From Chloroflexota bacterium (GTDB taxonomy: Bacteria; Chloroflexota; Anaerolineae; Anaerolineales; JBFLVL01), in NCBI GenBank assembly GCA_040758495.1, contig JBFLVL010000005.1, forward strand, positions 35,682 to 99,681: a DNA stretch of 64,000 bases, read 5' to 3'. Shown here piece after piece: positions 17,164 to 27,739 of this stretch. The translations under genes and the position numbers were made by a program. The notes beneath the pieces are model-generated. The model was not told the DNA's origin, did no database searches, and saw nothing but the letters and a program-made list of their open reading frames with translations. Each line of letters opens with the position of its first letter. The first letter of the stretch is position 1.

Positions 17164-20100
17164 TCAATCCTCTTTACTGCTGAACGACATATTCGCCCAC
17201 ATTTCATACATCCGCCAGCGCACATTGACATCTTCCTGGGCTCTCTCCAGCAGCTCTTCAGCAACATCTGGCCTGCTCAAGGCCAGCATGGTGTACCGCT
17301 CTTCATTGTAGGCATAGTTTTCGAGTGGACTAGAAGGCGGCTTGGAATCCAACTGCATTGGGTTCTTACCCTGGGCTATGAGATCGGGGTTGAAGCGGAA
17401 CAGTGGCCAATAACCAGCCAGCACGGCGCGTTTTTGCTGCTCCAGTCCATACTTGAGATCCAATCCATGCATGATACAGTGGCTGTAAGCAATGATCAAA
17501 GATGGCCCATCATACGCTTCTGCTTCGAGGAAAGCCTTGACGGTTTGGGCATCGTTACCGCCCATGGCCACGCGGGCAACATACACATTGCCGTAGGTCA
17601 TAGCTATCATCGCCAGGTCTTTCTTGGGCAGGGGTTTACCACCGGCCGCGAATTTCGCCACTGCAGCTCGCGGGGTTGCCTTGGACATCTGCCCGCCGGT
17701 GTTGGAGTAGACCTCGGTATCTAAAACAAGAACATTGACGTTGCGCCCGGAAGCCAGTACATGATCCAGACCTCCGTAGCCAATATCGTACGCCCAGCCG
17801 TCGCCTCCAACAATCCACACGCTCTTCTTTACCAGGGCATCTGCCACACTGAGTAGGTTGCGCGCTTCAGGAGTGTCTACACCCTTCAGTCGCTCTTTTA
17901 GAACCGTAACGCGCTCTCGCTGGTTAAAGATACCCTCTTCGGTAGACTGGTCAGCGTTGAGCAAGCCTTCGACCAGTTCCTTTCCAATTTGGTCTGATAA
18001 CCGAGACACCAGCTCGCGGGCATACTCGTTCTGCTTATCGAGTGTCAGGCGCATACCCAAACCAAACTCAGCGTTATCTTCAAACAGGGAGTTCGACCAG
18101 GCGGGCCCGCGCCCTTCAGCGTTGAAGGTCCACGGTGTAGCCGGTAGGTTTCCACCGTAAATGGAAGAGCAGCCCGTGGCGTTAGCCACAATGGCTCGAT
18201 CACCGAACAACTGGGTCATCAACTTTACATAGGGTGTTTCACCGCAGCCTGCACAGGCACCCGAAAATTCAAACAACGGCTCAAGCAATTGGACATCTTT
18301 TACCTGCTTCAAGTTAAGTTCCTGTCGCCCAACATCGGGTAGCTGCAGGAAGAAGTTCCAGTTATCAATCTCCTGCTCACGCAAGGGCAGCAGCGAGCGC
18401 ATGTTGATCGCCTTCAGGCTGGCATCTTCCTTGTTTTTTGCAGGACAAGCTTCCACACACACACTACAGCCCGTACAATCTTCGGGCGCTACCTGCAACG
18501 TGTAGACAAAATCTTCAAATTCCCGCCAGCGAGCAGGGGCTGAGAGAAACCTCGAGGGGGCATCTTTCAATAACCTGGGGTCGTACACCTTTGCCCGAAT
18601 CACCGCATGGGGACAGACCAGCACGCACTTGCCACACTGGATGCACACCGCCGGATCCCATACCGGTATCTCTAAGGCGATATTGCGCTTTTCCCACTGC
18701 GTGGTTCCACTGGGATAGGTACCATCTTCAGGCAGGATACTTACCGGGAGATCATCACCTTCTCCAGCAATCATCTTACCCGTTACTTCCCTGACGAACT
18801 CTGGAGCCTCAACTGGCACTGGCGAACGGAATTCCAGCGTGCTCGTGACCTTATTGGGAATCTTCACTTCATGCAGGTTGGCCAAAGCATGATCCACGGC
18901 CGCGTAATTTTGCTGGACAATCTCTTCTCCCCTTCTCCCGTAGGTCTTTTTAATGGCCTCCTTGATTTGGGCGATTGCCTCGTCCCTGGGAAGGACGCCG
19001 CTGATGGCAAAAAAGCAAGCCTGCATAACAGTGTTGATGCGACCTCCCAGACCAGCTTCTTGTGCCACTTCATAAGCGTTGATTACGAAAAAGCGCATCT
19101 TTTTATCTATCATTTGTTGCTGGATTGGGCGAGGGAGGTAATCCCAGACCTCATCCCGACCATAGGGGCTGTTGAGCAAAAAGGTGGCTCCAGGTTCAGC
19201 CAGTTTCAACACATCCATGCGTTCTAAGAAATGGAACTGGTGACAGGCTACGAAGTTCGCCTTGTTAACCAGATAGGTGGAATGAATCGGCTTGGGACCA
19301 AAGCGCAAGTGGGAGACCGTTTGGGCTCCAGACTTCCGCGAGTCGTACACAAAGTAGCCCTGGGCGTGGTTCTCAGTTTCTTCGCCGATAATCTTGATGG
19401 AGTTCTTGTTCGCCCCCACGGTACCATCCGCCCCTAAACCATAGAACACTGCCCGAACTGTCTTCGGATCTTCAATAGAAAATTGAGGGTCATAATCCAA
19501 GCTGGTGTGGGTGACGTCGTCATTTATACCAATGGTAAAGTGTTTCCTGCGTTTTTTCCTGGCCATCTCATCGAAGATGGCTTTGACCATGCCAGGGGTA
19601 AACTCTTTCGAGGAAAGTCCATAGCGCCCACCAATAACGGCTGGTCGGGTATCAAACGGGGCTTTCCCGCTCTCCATGATTTCCTTTATCGCCGCGACAA
19701 CATCCAGATAGAGAGGCTCTCCTATGCTGCCAGGTTCCTTGGTGCGATCCAGAGCCGCGATCACCTTTACGGTGGATGGCAAGGCTTGAACGAAATGCTC
19801 AACCGAGAAGGGGCGGAAGAGGCGCACTTTAATGACCCCCACCTTCTCACCTTTTGAGGTGAGGTAATCTACTACTTCGTGCACAGTCTCGGCACCTGAG
19901 CCCATGATCACCATCACCCGCTCTGCATCCGGGGCACCAACATAATCAAACAGGCGATATTGGCGACCAAGTACTTCGGCAAAGTGATCCATGGTCTCCT
20001 GGACGATTTCCGGGCAGGCCAAATAATAGGGATTGACCGTCTCACGTGCCTGGAAGTAGACATCGGGGTTCTGGGCAGTGCCGCGGATAAAGGGGCGGTC

Positions 20101-20730
20101 GGGGGACAGAGCCCGCTCACGGTGTTCCCGTACCAACCCATCGTTTATCAATTGGCGGATATCCCTATCTGAGATCATCTTTATCTTGTTGACTTCATGC
20201 GAAGTGCGAAAACCGTCGAAGAAGTGTAAAAACGGAACGCGGGCTTTCAAGGTGGCTGCATGAGCAATTAATGCCAGGTCATGAGCTTCCTGAACCGAAC
20301 CCGAGGGCACGAGGGCATAACCAGTGGCACGCGTGGCCATGACGTCACTGTGATCACCGAAGATGGACAATGCCTGGGCGGCGATAGAACGCGCGGCTAC
20401 ATGGAATACTGTGGAGGTCAACTCTCCGGCAATTTTGTACATGTTAGGGACCATCAGCAACAAACCCTGTGAGGCGGTGAACGTGGTGGTCAGCGAGCCA
20501 GTTTGCAAAGCCCCATGCACAGCACCGGCTGCTCCTCCCTCGCTCTGCATTTCCACTACCAGGGGCACCGTGCTCCAGATATTCGGCTTGTTCTCTGCAG
20601 CCCATTGATCCGCCCACTCTCCCATGGGAGATGAAGGCGTAATGGGATAAATGGCAATCACCTCACTCACGCGATAAGCAATAGAGGCTACGGCCTCATT
20701 CCCATCAATGGTTATATATTCTTCACTCAT
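17164..20730 (-). CDS. nifJ: Pyruvate:ferredoxin (flavodoxin) oxidoreductase, single-chain
   Basis: 1188 aa with two ferredoxin-type clusters (CIQCGKCVLVCP, CTGCSVCVEACP). The TPP motif is GGDGWAYDIGYGGLDH. GGAGG lies upstream of the ATG. Confidence 0.95.
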   Translation of the reverse strand: MSEEYITIDGNEAVASIAYRVSEVIAIYPITPSSPMGEWADQWAAENKPNIWSTVPLVVEMQSEGGAAGAVHGALQTGSLTTTFTASQGLLLMVPNMYKIAGELTSTVFHVAARSIAAQALSIFGDHSDVMATRATGYALVPSGSVQEAHDLALIAHAATLKARVPFLHFFDGFRTSHEVNKIKMISDRDIRQLINDGLVREHRERALSPDRPFIRGTAQNPDVYFQARETVNPYYLACPEIVQETMDHFAEVLGRQYRLFDYVGAPDAERVMVIMGSGAETVHEVVDYLTSKGEKVGVIKVRLFRPFSVEHFVQALPSTVKVIAALDRTKEPGSIGEPLYLDVVAAIKEIMESGKAPFDTRPAVIGGRYGLSSKEFTPGMVKAIFDEMARKKRRKHFTIGINDDVTHTSLDYDPQFSIEDPKTVRAVFYGLGADGTVGANKNSIKIIGEETENHAQGYFVYDSRKSGAQTVSHLRFGPKPIHSTYLVNKANFVACHQFHFLERMDVLKLAEPGATFLLNSPYGRDEVWDYLPRPIQQQMIDKKMRFFVINAYEVAQEAGLGGRINTVMQACFFAISGVLPRDEAIAQIKEAIKKTYGRRGEEIVQQNYAAVDHALANLHEVKIPNKVTSTLEFRSPVPVEAPEFVREVTGKMIAGEGDDLPVSILPEDGTYPSGTTQWEKRNIALEIPVWDPAVCIQCGKCVLVCPHAVIRAKVYDPRLLKDAPSRFLSAPARWREFEDFVYTLQVAPEDCTGCSVCVEACPAKNKEDASLKAINMRSLLPLREQEIDNWNFFLQLPDVGRQELNLKQVKDVQLLEPLFEFSGACAGCGETPYVKLMTQLFGDRAIVANATGCSSIYGGNLPATPWTFNAEGRGPAWSNSLFEDNAEFGLGMRLTLDKQNEYARELVSRLSDQIGKELVEGLLNADQSTEEGIFNQRERVTVLKERLKGVDTPEARNLLSVADALVKKSVWIVGGDGWAYDIGYGGLDHVLASGRNVNVLVLDTEVYSNTGGQMSKATPRAAVAKFAAGGKPLPKKDLAMIAMTYGNVYVARVAMGGNDAQTVKAFLEAEAYDGPSLIIAYSHCIMHGLDLKYGLEQQKRAVLAGYWPLFRFNPDLIAQGKNPMQLDSKPPSSPLENYAYNEERYTMLALSRPDVAEELLERAQEDVNVRWRMYEMWANMSFSSKED

Positions 20731-21038
20731 TACTTTACCTCCAAACTTGCCTTCTACAACTCAACAAATACCATCCATCGTTGTCTCACTATATGGCAAA
20801 AAACCAAGAGAGTATTATATCTGAGTTTTTCATCGCTGCTCAGCTAGCGTATAAAGAAAAGCCAATGTAATTATGTCCATTTAGTATCCTATTGCCATAC
20901 CGAAACCTCAGGTGACGATTGTCATTGATTCGTTATGAGATTTGTCACCAAACTACACGGGGCATGATAGACCTGTTTAGATGGGCAAGTTCATTTCCCT
21001 ATTGCCAAAAGCCAGCTTCTGGGTTCACAGAAACAGGG

Positions 21039-22283
21039 TCATTTCCCCTTTTTCCAGAAGCTTATGCTTTCAATGTGGTAGGTTTGGGGAAACATGTCAA
21101 AGGGGGTGATCTGATGGAGGAGATACCCTCCGGTGGTCAAACGACGGGCATCGCGTCCCAGTGTGGCTGGGTCGCAGGATATATAGACCAGTTCATCTGG
21201 TTGGAGGGATAGGATAGCGTCCAGGTTCTGGCGACCAAGCCCAATTCGGGGCGGATCTACGAGGACAATGTCCGGATGCAGATCAAGGTGAGGGAGCACG
21301 TCTTCCGTTGAAGCCTGGTATAAGGTCACATGGTCAAATTCATCCAGATTGCCAACAAAATCATCACAAGCTCCCGGGTCCGATTCGATCCCAATCAGGT
21401 GTCCCACATGGGGAGCCAGAAAAGCGCTGAACAAACCTACACCACAATACGCCTCCACCAACACCGTATCAGGTTTCAAATCCAGGTTCCCCAGTAAATG
21501 AGCGACCATCTTCTCCGTTGTGCCGGTGTTAACCTGAAAAAACGAACCCGCAGATACGCGAAACATCCTTTCCCTGATTTTCATGACCGTGTAGCTATCC
21601 CCTGCCAGGAGGAGAACACCTTCGGGCGTTTTGTACACCGCCGAGAAGGGTAAATCCAGATGAAAGTCAATCGTGGAAGGATCGTTCCCCTCACACACAA
21701 TCAGTACCTCATCCTCCACCCCCAGGCGCAGCCCTACCCGTTCCAGACCGGATAAAGGTTGAATGTCAAGCAGAGGCCAGACTTCGTTAAGCATATCTTC
21801 GGGTAAATGACATTCCCGAACAGGTACAACCACGCGGGAGCGAGGGGCCTGAAAACCCAAACCTCCAGTAGGACAAAGATGAAACTGAATATGATTGCGG
21901 TAATTCCAGGACACAGGAGAGGAAACGGCAGATTGTACAGGAGGTTCCCGCAAACCTCCTATGCGTTCAAGTTGGTCGGTCAGGATGGCGGTTTTGGCCA
22001 CCAGTTGATGAGGATAGCCCATGTTTTGATAATGACAACCACCACAGTGGGTGAAATGTGGACATCGCGGTTCTATCCGCTCTGCCACTGGTTCGATAAT
22101 TTCCAACAACTGCGCATGCACATACCGTCGCTTTTCTTCTACTAATCGAATACGCGCTCTTTCCCCTGGCAGGGCATAAGGCACAAACACCGCGCGTCCA
22201 TCTGGCAGGCGACCCAAGGTTTCACCACTATAGACCAACGTCGTCAGATCAACTTCGTACTCAGGGGATTGAGTTACTGCCAC
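21039..22283 (-). CDS. rlmD: 23S rRNA (uracil-C5)-methyltransferase, RlmD/RumA family
   Basis: 414 aa with an N-terminal TRAM-like domain and Fe-S cysteines (CPHFTHCGGCHYQ). SAM methyltransferase motifs are AYCGVGLFS and VLVDPPRIGL. The catalytic motif is YISCDPATLGRD. Confidence 0.85.
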   Translation of the reverse strand: MAVTQSPEYEVDLTTLVYSGETLGRLPDGRAVFVPYALPGERARIRLVEEKRRYVHAQLLEIIEPVAERIEPRCPHFTHCGGCHYQNMGYPHQLVAKTAILTDQLERIGGLREPPVQSAVSSPVSWNYRNHIQFHLCPTGGLGFQAPRSRVVVPVRECHLPEDMLNEVWPLLDIQPLSGLERVGLRLGVEDEVLIVCEGNDPSTIDFHLDLPFSAVYKTPEGVLLLAGDSYTVMKIRERMFRVSAGSFFQVNTGTTEKMVAHLLGNLDLKPDTVLVEAYCGVGLFSAFLAPHVGHLIGIESDPGACDDFVGNLDEFDHVTLYQASTEDVLPHLDLHPDIVLVDPPRIGLGRQNLDAILSLQPDELVYISCDPATLGRDARRLTTGGYLLHQITPFDMFPQTYHIESISFWKKGK

Positions 22284-22289
22284 TACAAA

Positions 22290-23513
22290 TTAAGAGGGAC
22301 GCCGGAACTTCCGGGATATCTCTCCCAACCAGTGGGTGAGGGAGTGCCACCAGCGAGACCAGAGGGGGACGGTCTGTGGTTCGGGTTCTGCCTCCTCTTC
22401 CGGCCAAGGGTTCATATCGAGCATCTTCAGGTAAGCATACTTACCGAATAGTTTCACTGTAGCCAACACAGGTGCTGCCAGAAGCAAGCCAACGAACCCT
22501 AACAGGTTGGCAGCTATAATAGCCGCTATCAAGATGCCGGCAGGATGTACGCCCAAGGCCCTTCCCATGATGCGAGGTGTGACTAAATTGTCAAACGCCT
22601 GATCCACAACAATGGCTGTGAGCAACACTGCCCCAACATATCCCATGGGCACAAGGCCAAAAGCGGTCGTCCCCTGAAATATGACCACCAGACCAGTGGT
22701 TATATACGTTACCAACGGGCCCACATAAGGGATGAACCTGGCTAAACCCGCTAATATGGAAAGGGGTAAAGCAAAGCGAACCTGGAAAATGGACAGGACT
22801 ACCAGATAGGGGAAAATAGTGAACAAGGTCAAGAGCACTTGCCCACGTAAAAACGCATTCCATATGCGGGTTAATTCCTGACTCAACCGACGGATGTCTT
22901 GGTTATAAACGGGGATATCCACACTCAACATCCGATCAGGTATCCCTTTGCTCTCTGCTAGCATGAAATAGGAAACCAAAAGGACAAAAGCGGTCCACCC
23001 GAAAAGCCGAACAGCACTACCAGCAATCACCCCGATTAAACCGGTCAATTGACGTAACAGGGGTTGGATAGAGGCAAGCAACTGTTCTGTCAGAGTACTG
23101 AGATCGAATTGACTGAGATCCAGCGTAAACGGGCCAATTGTATAGACTTCGTTAGCCAGCTGCGTTGTCAATGTGGGTAGTTCACGCAGCGTGCGTTCGA
23201 CAAAATTGATCAGGCTTTGCAGTTGCTGGAACAAGGCGACACCACTTATGGTGAGACCTCCCAACAAGAGCACCAACAAAAGAAGATAAACCAATCCCAC
23301 AGATAATCGCCAGGGTGTCTTAAGCCATTTTACCAGCGCCATTGCCAGGGGATGGAAGAGATACGCCAGGATAATGGCCAGCAACAAAGGCCCGATGATT
23401 ACCCGGAAGCGGATCAACAATGCAGCCAGTACCGCTACGGTGGTCAGACCGACGACCAATTTGGTTGTCGAGCTCCATCTGGGAGAAGAGGTTTTCGATT
23501 TAGTGGGGGTCAT
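22290..23513 (-). CDS. AI-2E family transporter (UPF0118/PerM-like), paralog B
   Basis: 407-aa polytopic membrane protein with family-typical topology. Its start overlaps the stop of the upstream paralog (ATGA at 23510-23513). Confidence 0.8.
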   Translation of the reverse strand: MTPTKSKTSSPRWSSTTKLVVGLTTVAVLAALLIRFRVIIGPLLLAIILAYLFHPLAMALVKWLKTPWRLSVGLVYLLLLVLLLGGLTISGVALFQQLQSLINFVERTLRELPTLTTQLANEVYTIGPFTLDLSQFDLSTLTEQLLASIQPLLRQLTGLIGVIAGSAVRLFGWTAFVLLVSYFMLAESKGIPDRMLSVDIPVYNQDIRRLSQELTRIWNAFLRGQVLLTLFTIFPYLVVLSIFQVRFALPLSILAGLARFIPYVGPLVTYITTGLVVIFQGTTAFGLVPMGYVGAVLLTAIVVDQAFDNLVTPRIMGRALGVHPAGILIAAIIAANLLGFVGLLLAAPVLATVKLFGKYAYLKMLDMNPWPEEEAEPEPQTVPLWSRWWHSLTHWLGEISRKFRRPS

Positions 23514-24679
23514 TTCTGCTCAGGTTTTTTCTCGGAGCGGCTACCGCGACCTAAACGAACACGCTGCCACCAGCGTGATTCTGGCAATGGTAGAGGCTGT
23601 GCTTCACTTTTGGGGAATGGATCTTGATCTGTCAGGTTGGCGTAGATGTAACGAAATATCACTCGTGCAGAAGAAATCGTCGGGGCAGCCAAAACAATTC
23701 CTAACACACCGGCAATAGAAGCGCCCACTACGATCCCCAATATCACTACCAGTGGTGGCAGGTGCACACTACGACCGATAATGCGCGGGATAAGATAGTT
23801 AAGATCAAATTGTTGGAAAACGATATGCAATCCAATCACCAACAACATAAATGCCCAATTGGGTAGAGGTAACCAGGTAGAACCTAAAAACAACGATAAT
23901 AATGATGCAATGGTCAACCAAATACCATGTCCAATGCTAGGTAAAAACTCAAACAACCCGGCCGCTGCACCCATGGCCAGGGCAAAGGGCAAACCAATGA
24001 TTAAACCCACTATTGAAATCAAGGTTGATACTACGAAAGCAAGGATCAACTGCCCACGGAAGAATGCCGCCCAGATGCGACCAATTTCCAGACGCAGGCG
24101 AATAAAATCCTCCCGATATGCAGGGGGAACCAGACTATCCACCCAATCTCTCAGCGCTGAAGAATCTTTGATGAGATAAAACGAGACCACTACAATAAAC
24201 ACCACCCATACCAGTGAAGAAATCACCTCTACAGCAAAACCCAACGTGTGTCCAAACACTGGTTCTATCAAATCGCGAAGTGACCCTTCAATTTGCTGGA
24301 GAATGACAGCCCCATCAATCGTTCTGCCAGCTAAGGTAAATTCATGGCCCAGCAATTTTTCTGCTTCACTCAAGAGGCGCTGTAAATCCAAATTCAGTCC
24401 CGCAAACTGGGCGGTCAGAGGCTTGAAAAGAACAACCGGCAGGGTAAAAACTACGCCTAGTAGCAGAACATAAACCAAAGCGGTAGCCAGCCCCCGAGGC
24501 AAGCGCAGACGCGGTTGCAACAGATTCACCAAAGGCGATAACACATAGGCTACAATTGCTGCCAAAACCAATGCTGGCACGACAACGCTAAAACGGAAAA
24601 GCAACAGTATTCCCAAAGCCAGCAGTAACAAACTTACCACCAACTTTGTCTGCGTAGACCACTTCGGACGATTACTCAT
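23510..24679 (-). CDS. AI-2E family transporter (UPF0118/PerM-like), paralog A
   Basis: 389-aa polytopic membrane protein with the same architecture as 22290-23513. Confidence 0.8.
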   Translation of the reverse strand: MSNRPKWSTQTKLVVSLLLLALGILLLFRFSVVVPALVLAAIVAYVLSPLVNLLQPRLRLPRGLATALVYVLLLGVVFTLPVVLFKPLTAQFAGLNLDLQRLLSEAEKLLGHEFTLAGRTIDGAVILQQIEGSLRDLIEPVFGHTLGFAVEVISSLVWVVFIVVVSFYLIKDSSALRDWVDSLVPPAYREDFIRLRLEIGRIWAAFFRGQLILAFVVSTLISIVGLIIGLPFALAMGAAAGLFEFLPSIGHGIWLTIASLLSLFLGSTWLPLPNWAFMLLVIGLHIVFQQFDLNYLIPRIIGRSVHLPPLVVILGIVVGASIAGVLGIVLAAPTISSARVIFRYIYANLTDQDPFPKSEAQPLPLPESRWWQRVRLGRGSRSEKKPEQK

Positions 24680-24752
24680 CTGATAAACATCATCCCAACC
24701 TGAGGACCTGCCTGCTCCTTACGGTCAAGCACCTATCATCTGTAAATGCGGA

Positions 24753-24941
24753 CTAACGTAACACAAAAGACAGGATTACCAGTATGAGGATGAAGCTCCC
24801 AGCCAGCAAACCAATTTGTCGCAGGTCTTTGGCAACGTATGTATAATCGGGTTCAAACTTTACACCACTCTGACGAAGTCTCTGCGAATCTACAGCCCTC
24901 CTCGTGATTCTCTTCTTTTTCTTGCTCAAATTATCCTCCAC
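24753..24941 (-). CDS. Small tail-anchored membrane protein, function unknown
   Basis: 58-62 aa (GTG at 24941, or a TTG 4 codons in, preceded by GGAGGA). It has a basic N-terminus (KKKKRITRR) and a single C-terminal TM helix (IGLLAGSFILILVILSFVL). It starts 6 nt after the sortase stop. Confidence 0.45.
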   Translation of the reverse strand: MEDNLSKKKKRITRRAVDSQRLRQSGVKFEPDYTYVAKDLRQIGLLAGSFILILVILSFVLR

Positions 24942-24947
24942 AAATAT

Positions 24948-25859
24948 TTACTCGCTGCCCTCCAAGATTGTCTGGACGACAATGCGTTTATTATCCACCA
25001 TATAAGGGTAACAAGAAATCAAGGTAACAACTGGCTCTGTAGTTGCAGCCAAAACTTCCACGTACGTGGGTTCCACCAGCTTGGTCTCAGTTACCCGATA
25101 GATATAAGACCGTTGGTTGGTATACAAGATGATCTGGTCACCTGGAACGAGCTGATCCAAATACCGGAATATTTCTCCAAAGATATCATTGTGCGCTGAA
25201 AGAATCACATTCCCGTTTTGACCTGGGTTGGCACTTCCAACATGCTGACCAACCCCCTTCTTTAACTGTTCCCACCCGTCCCCTTGGACCACTGGTGCGT
25301 CAACCCCTATGGTCGGGATGCGAATACGGATGGCCTGCTCTGGTCCTGGTGTGGGGATTGGCAAACCAGCAAAGGATTGAACCAGAGGGCGTAAGTGTTC
25401 GGGGATTTCGGCCTCGTTAGGACGGGCTCCACCAGGAGAGGTTGGTGATGTGTGACCTGAGGGCAGCACGATGGCCACAATCAGAGGCGTGGGTGTCAAG
25501 GTTGGCTGTTCTAAAACAGTGACAACCTCTTTATTTAGTTCGCGTACCAGTTTCACGCCGTTGTAAACCAAAACGAACAAACCTACAACTGCTAAAACCT
25601 CCACGGCCAGCAGAGCACGATCTAACCACTTCTTGTGCTGAGATCGAATTCCTTTCCTCTCCCTATCAACCGTTTCAGATGGCACGTCCGAACGCAAATC
25701 ATCCAGCGTGCTGCTTTCTACATCCGAGGCTAATATGACCACTCGCCCAGTCTGTCGAAAGCGCTCTAACCGACGCTGACGGTCTGCACGCCGTTTTTCC
25801 ACTAGCAAACGGCGTAACTCCTCAACAGAGAGGTTATCTGGATTAACTTTCTCAGACAT
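24948..25859 (-). CDS. Sortase family transpeptidase
   Basis: 303 aa with a cytoplasmic N-terminus and one TM helix. Catalytic motifs are SAHNDIFGEIFRYLDQLVPGDQI (His), VVTLISCYPY (the TLxTC Cys) and KRIVVQ (Arg). Confidence 0.85.
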   Translation of the reverse strand: MSEKVNPDNLSVEELRRLLVEKRRADRQRRLERFRQTGRVVILASDVESSTLDDLRSDVPSETVDRERKGIRSQHKKWLDRALLAVEVLAVVGLFVLVYNGVKLVRELNKEVVTVLEQPTLTPTPLIVAIVLPSGHTSPTSPGGARPNEAEIPEHLRPLVQSFAGLPIPTPGPEQAIRIRIPTIGVDAPVVQGDGWEQLKKGVGQHVGSANPGQNGNVILSAHNDIFGEIFRYLDQLVPGDQIILYTNQRSYIYRVTETKLVEPTYVEVLAATTEPVVTLISCYPYMVDNKRIVVQTILEGSE

Positions 25860-25967
25860 GTGGGGGATTATACCGTAACCCTGCGACTATCCTACCGACC
25901 TTTTTCACCATACAGGAAAACCTGGTGATCTCCCTCCAAGGGAATATACCAAAGTATGGCTTGTTGT

Positions 25968-26792
25968 TTATGGATCCAAACCACCCTTTACTATCAACAA
26001 TGGCCTGACCATGTGATCAACGATCTGGGCTGGAACCTCATCCAGGAACAGGCGATTAGCGACGCGCTTCAATGGGCTACCGATTACTGTCAAACCAAAA
26101 TCTGTAAGCTCATTAGCGCGCAGGATTTCCTCTGCTATAACACCGTGACGCAGCTCCAATCTGGTTTCCACATTCAAGGAGCCAAGCGTTTCCGCGTCTT
26201 TTTTCAACTGCCGGGCAACTGGTGTGTCGCTTTGCAGAAACTCTGCCAAGGTTTCCTCAACCTGGGTAAGCCCGGCGTACATATGCGGTGCCGCTCCTGA
26301 GCAGTGGAGTAAAGTCACCTCAGCCTGAAGAGCCTGAGCTAGTTTTGCACCAACAGCTACCGTGCGTTCGGAGGCTCTATAACCGGCAGTACAAATGAGT
26401 ACGCGATCCACATATTCTTTCGGACGTCGTACCAACAAAACAGAGGTGTTCGCCTTTTCAACCATCTGCCTGGCCACAGACCCCACCAACAAAACACCTA
26501 AAGGGGGGTGATCACGTGCACCAACGACGACCAGGTCATACTGCCCGGTTTTAAGCTCTGCAAGAATTTCTTTGGATGGTAAACCGTTTCGAACCAACAG
26601 GTTCGAGGGAGACATAGATAATAACTCACTGGTTCGAGATAACAGCGCCTCCCCAACTTCACGCCCTTCTGTTTTGGGTCGAACTGTCAACAACACCACC
26701 TCGGATTGTAGTGCAGAAATGATCAATTGCCCGAAGGCGACCACTTCTTTGGTATGAGGCGTCTCGCTGACACACAGTAAAGTTCTCATCAA
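25968..26792 (-). CDS. Universal stress protein, tandem USP domains
   Basis: 274 aa containing two USP-like halves (LLTV...DLVVVGARDH.. and LLHC...LTVIGS...). Confidence 0.75.
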   Translation of the reverse strand: MMRTLLCVSETPHTKEVVAFGQLIISALQSEVVLLTVRPKTEGREVGEALLSRTSELLSMSPSNLLVRNGLPSKEILAELKTGQYDLVVVGARDHPPLGVLLVGSVARQMVEKANTSVLLVRRPKEYVDRVLICTAGYRASERTVAVGAKLAQALQAEVTLLHCSGAAPHMYAGLTQVEETLAEFLQSDTPVARQLKKDAETLGSLNVETRLELRHGVIAEEILRANELTDFGLTVIGSPLKRVANRLFLDEVPAQIVDHMVRPLLIVKGGLDP

Positions 26793-26800
26793 AACGCTCC

Positions 26801-27739
26801 TTAAAAATGGACAATGCCAGTTCCGGAAAGTAAACGTACGGTAACGAAAATGGCTCCAACAAACGGCAACACCGAAAACAGCAACCGGATGCGAGGCCCA
26901 GCGAAAAAGCGTGTAGAGACTGCACCGATTTGCGCTCCAAGAGCTGCCCCCGTATGCATCACGAGCGCCATCAAGACATCCACATTACCCTTAATGGCAT
27001 GTGTGAGGGTGCCAAAGGCAGCCGAAATGACAATCTCAAACAGGTCAGTACCAATGGCTACATGGGTGGGCAAGCCTAACACGTATACCAGTAAAGGCAT
27101 ACGTATGAAACCACCACCTACACCCAAAGCTCCAGCCAGCAGACCAGAGATAAAACCTACTAAGAGAACACTCCACAAAGATACGGATTTGATGCCTGAA
27201 TTCGGAAATGCCAACATAGGCGGTAGCCGGAAGCCATGGACACGACGAGATAAGCCAGTAAAACCAACAACTTCGCGCGCAGACAAGCTCTCGGTACGGA
27301 TAACCCGAACCGCGCGTAGACTTTCAAAAGCCATAAAGCTGCCAATAATCAACAGGATACCAACATAGGTCCAGCCGATAACTAGATCTACCTGTCCAAT
27401 ACGTTTTAACCTCTCAACAATTTGTGCTCCCGTTTCAACCCCAATGATTGTCCCCGCCACCATCACCAATCCTAACCTGACATCCACGTGTCCCAACATA
27501 CGGTGCCTCCGGGCGGCCACGATGGACTTTCCCGTCATGTGCGCCAGGTCCGTACCGACGACGAAATGCATCGGCACCCCCGCCAGGAACATCAGCGGCC
27601 CGGCCAGGAAACCGCCTCCCACGCCAAAAAAGCCCCCCAAGACCCCCACGAGGAAACCAATCCCCACCAGGTATAACGGGTTTACAACCACACCAGCAAT
27701 CGTAAATTCCATAACACTACTCAAAACGTTGGAGACCAA
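26801..27739 (-). CDS. TSUP (TauE/SafE, DUF81) family anion exporter
   Basis: 312-aa polytopic protein with internally duplicated Gly-rich TM motifs (GVLGGFFGVGGGFLAGPLM and LAGALGVGGGFIRMPLL). Confidence 0.85.
   Translation of the reverse strand: MVSNVLSSVMEFTIAGVVVNPLYLVGIGFLVGVLGGFFGVGGGFLAGPLMFLAGVPMHFVVGTDLAHMTGKSIVAARRHRMLGHVDVRLGLVMVAGTIIGVETGAQIVERLKRIGQVDLVIGWTYVGILLIIGSFMAFESLRAVRVIRTESLSAREVVGFTGLSRRVHGFRLPPMLAFPNSGIKSVSLWSVLLVGFISGLLAGALGVGGGFIRMPLLVYVLGLPTHVAIGTDLFEIVISAAFGTLTHAIKGNVDVLMALVMHTGAALGAQIGAVSTRFFAGPRIRLLFSVLPFVGAIFVTVRLLSGTGIVHF

Noticed and set aside
17065-17724. 219-aa plus-strand ORF overlapping the 3' end of the PFOR gene
   Set aside because: It is entirely antisense to a very well-supported 1188-aa PFOR gene and has no recognisable motifs. 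Its 5' part spans the PFOR terminator hairpin. I treat it as a shadow ORF.
26814-27368. 184-aa plus-strand ORF inside the TSUP gene
   Set aside because: It is antisense to a polytopic membrane protein gene and has a Pro/Lys/Thr-rich nonsense-like translation.
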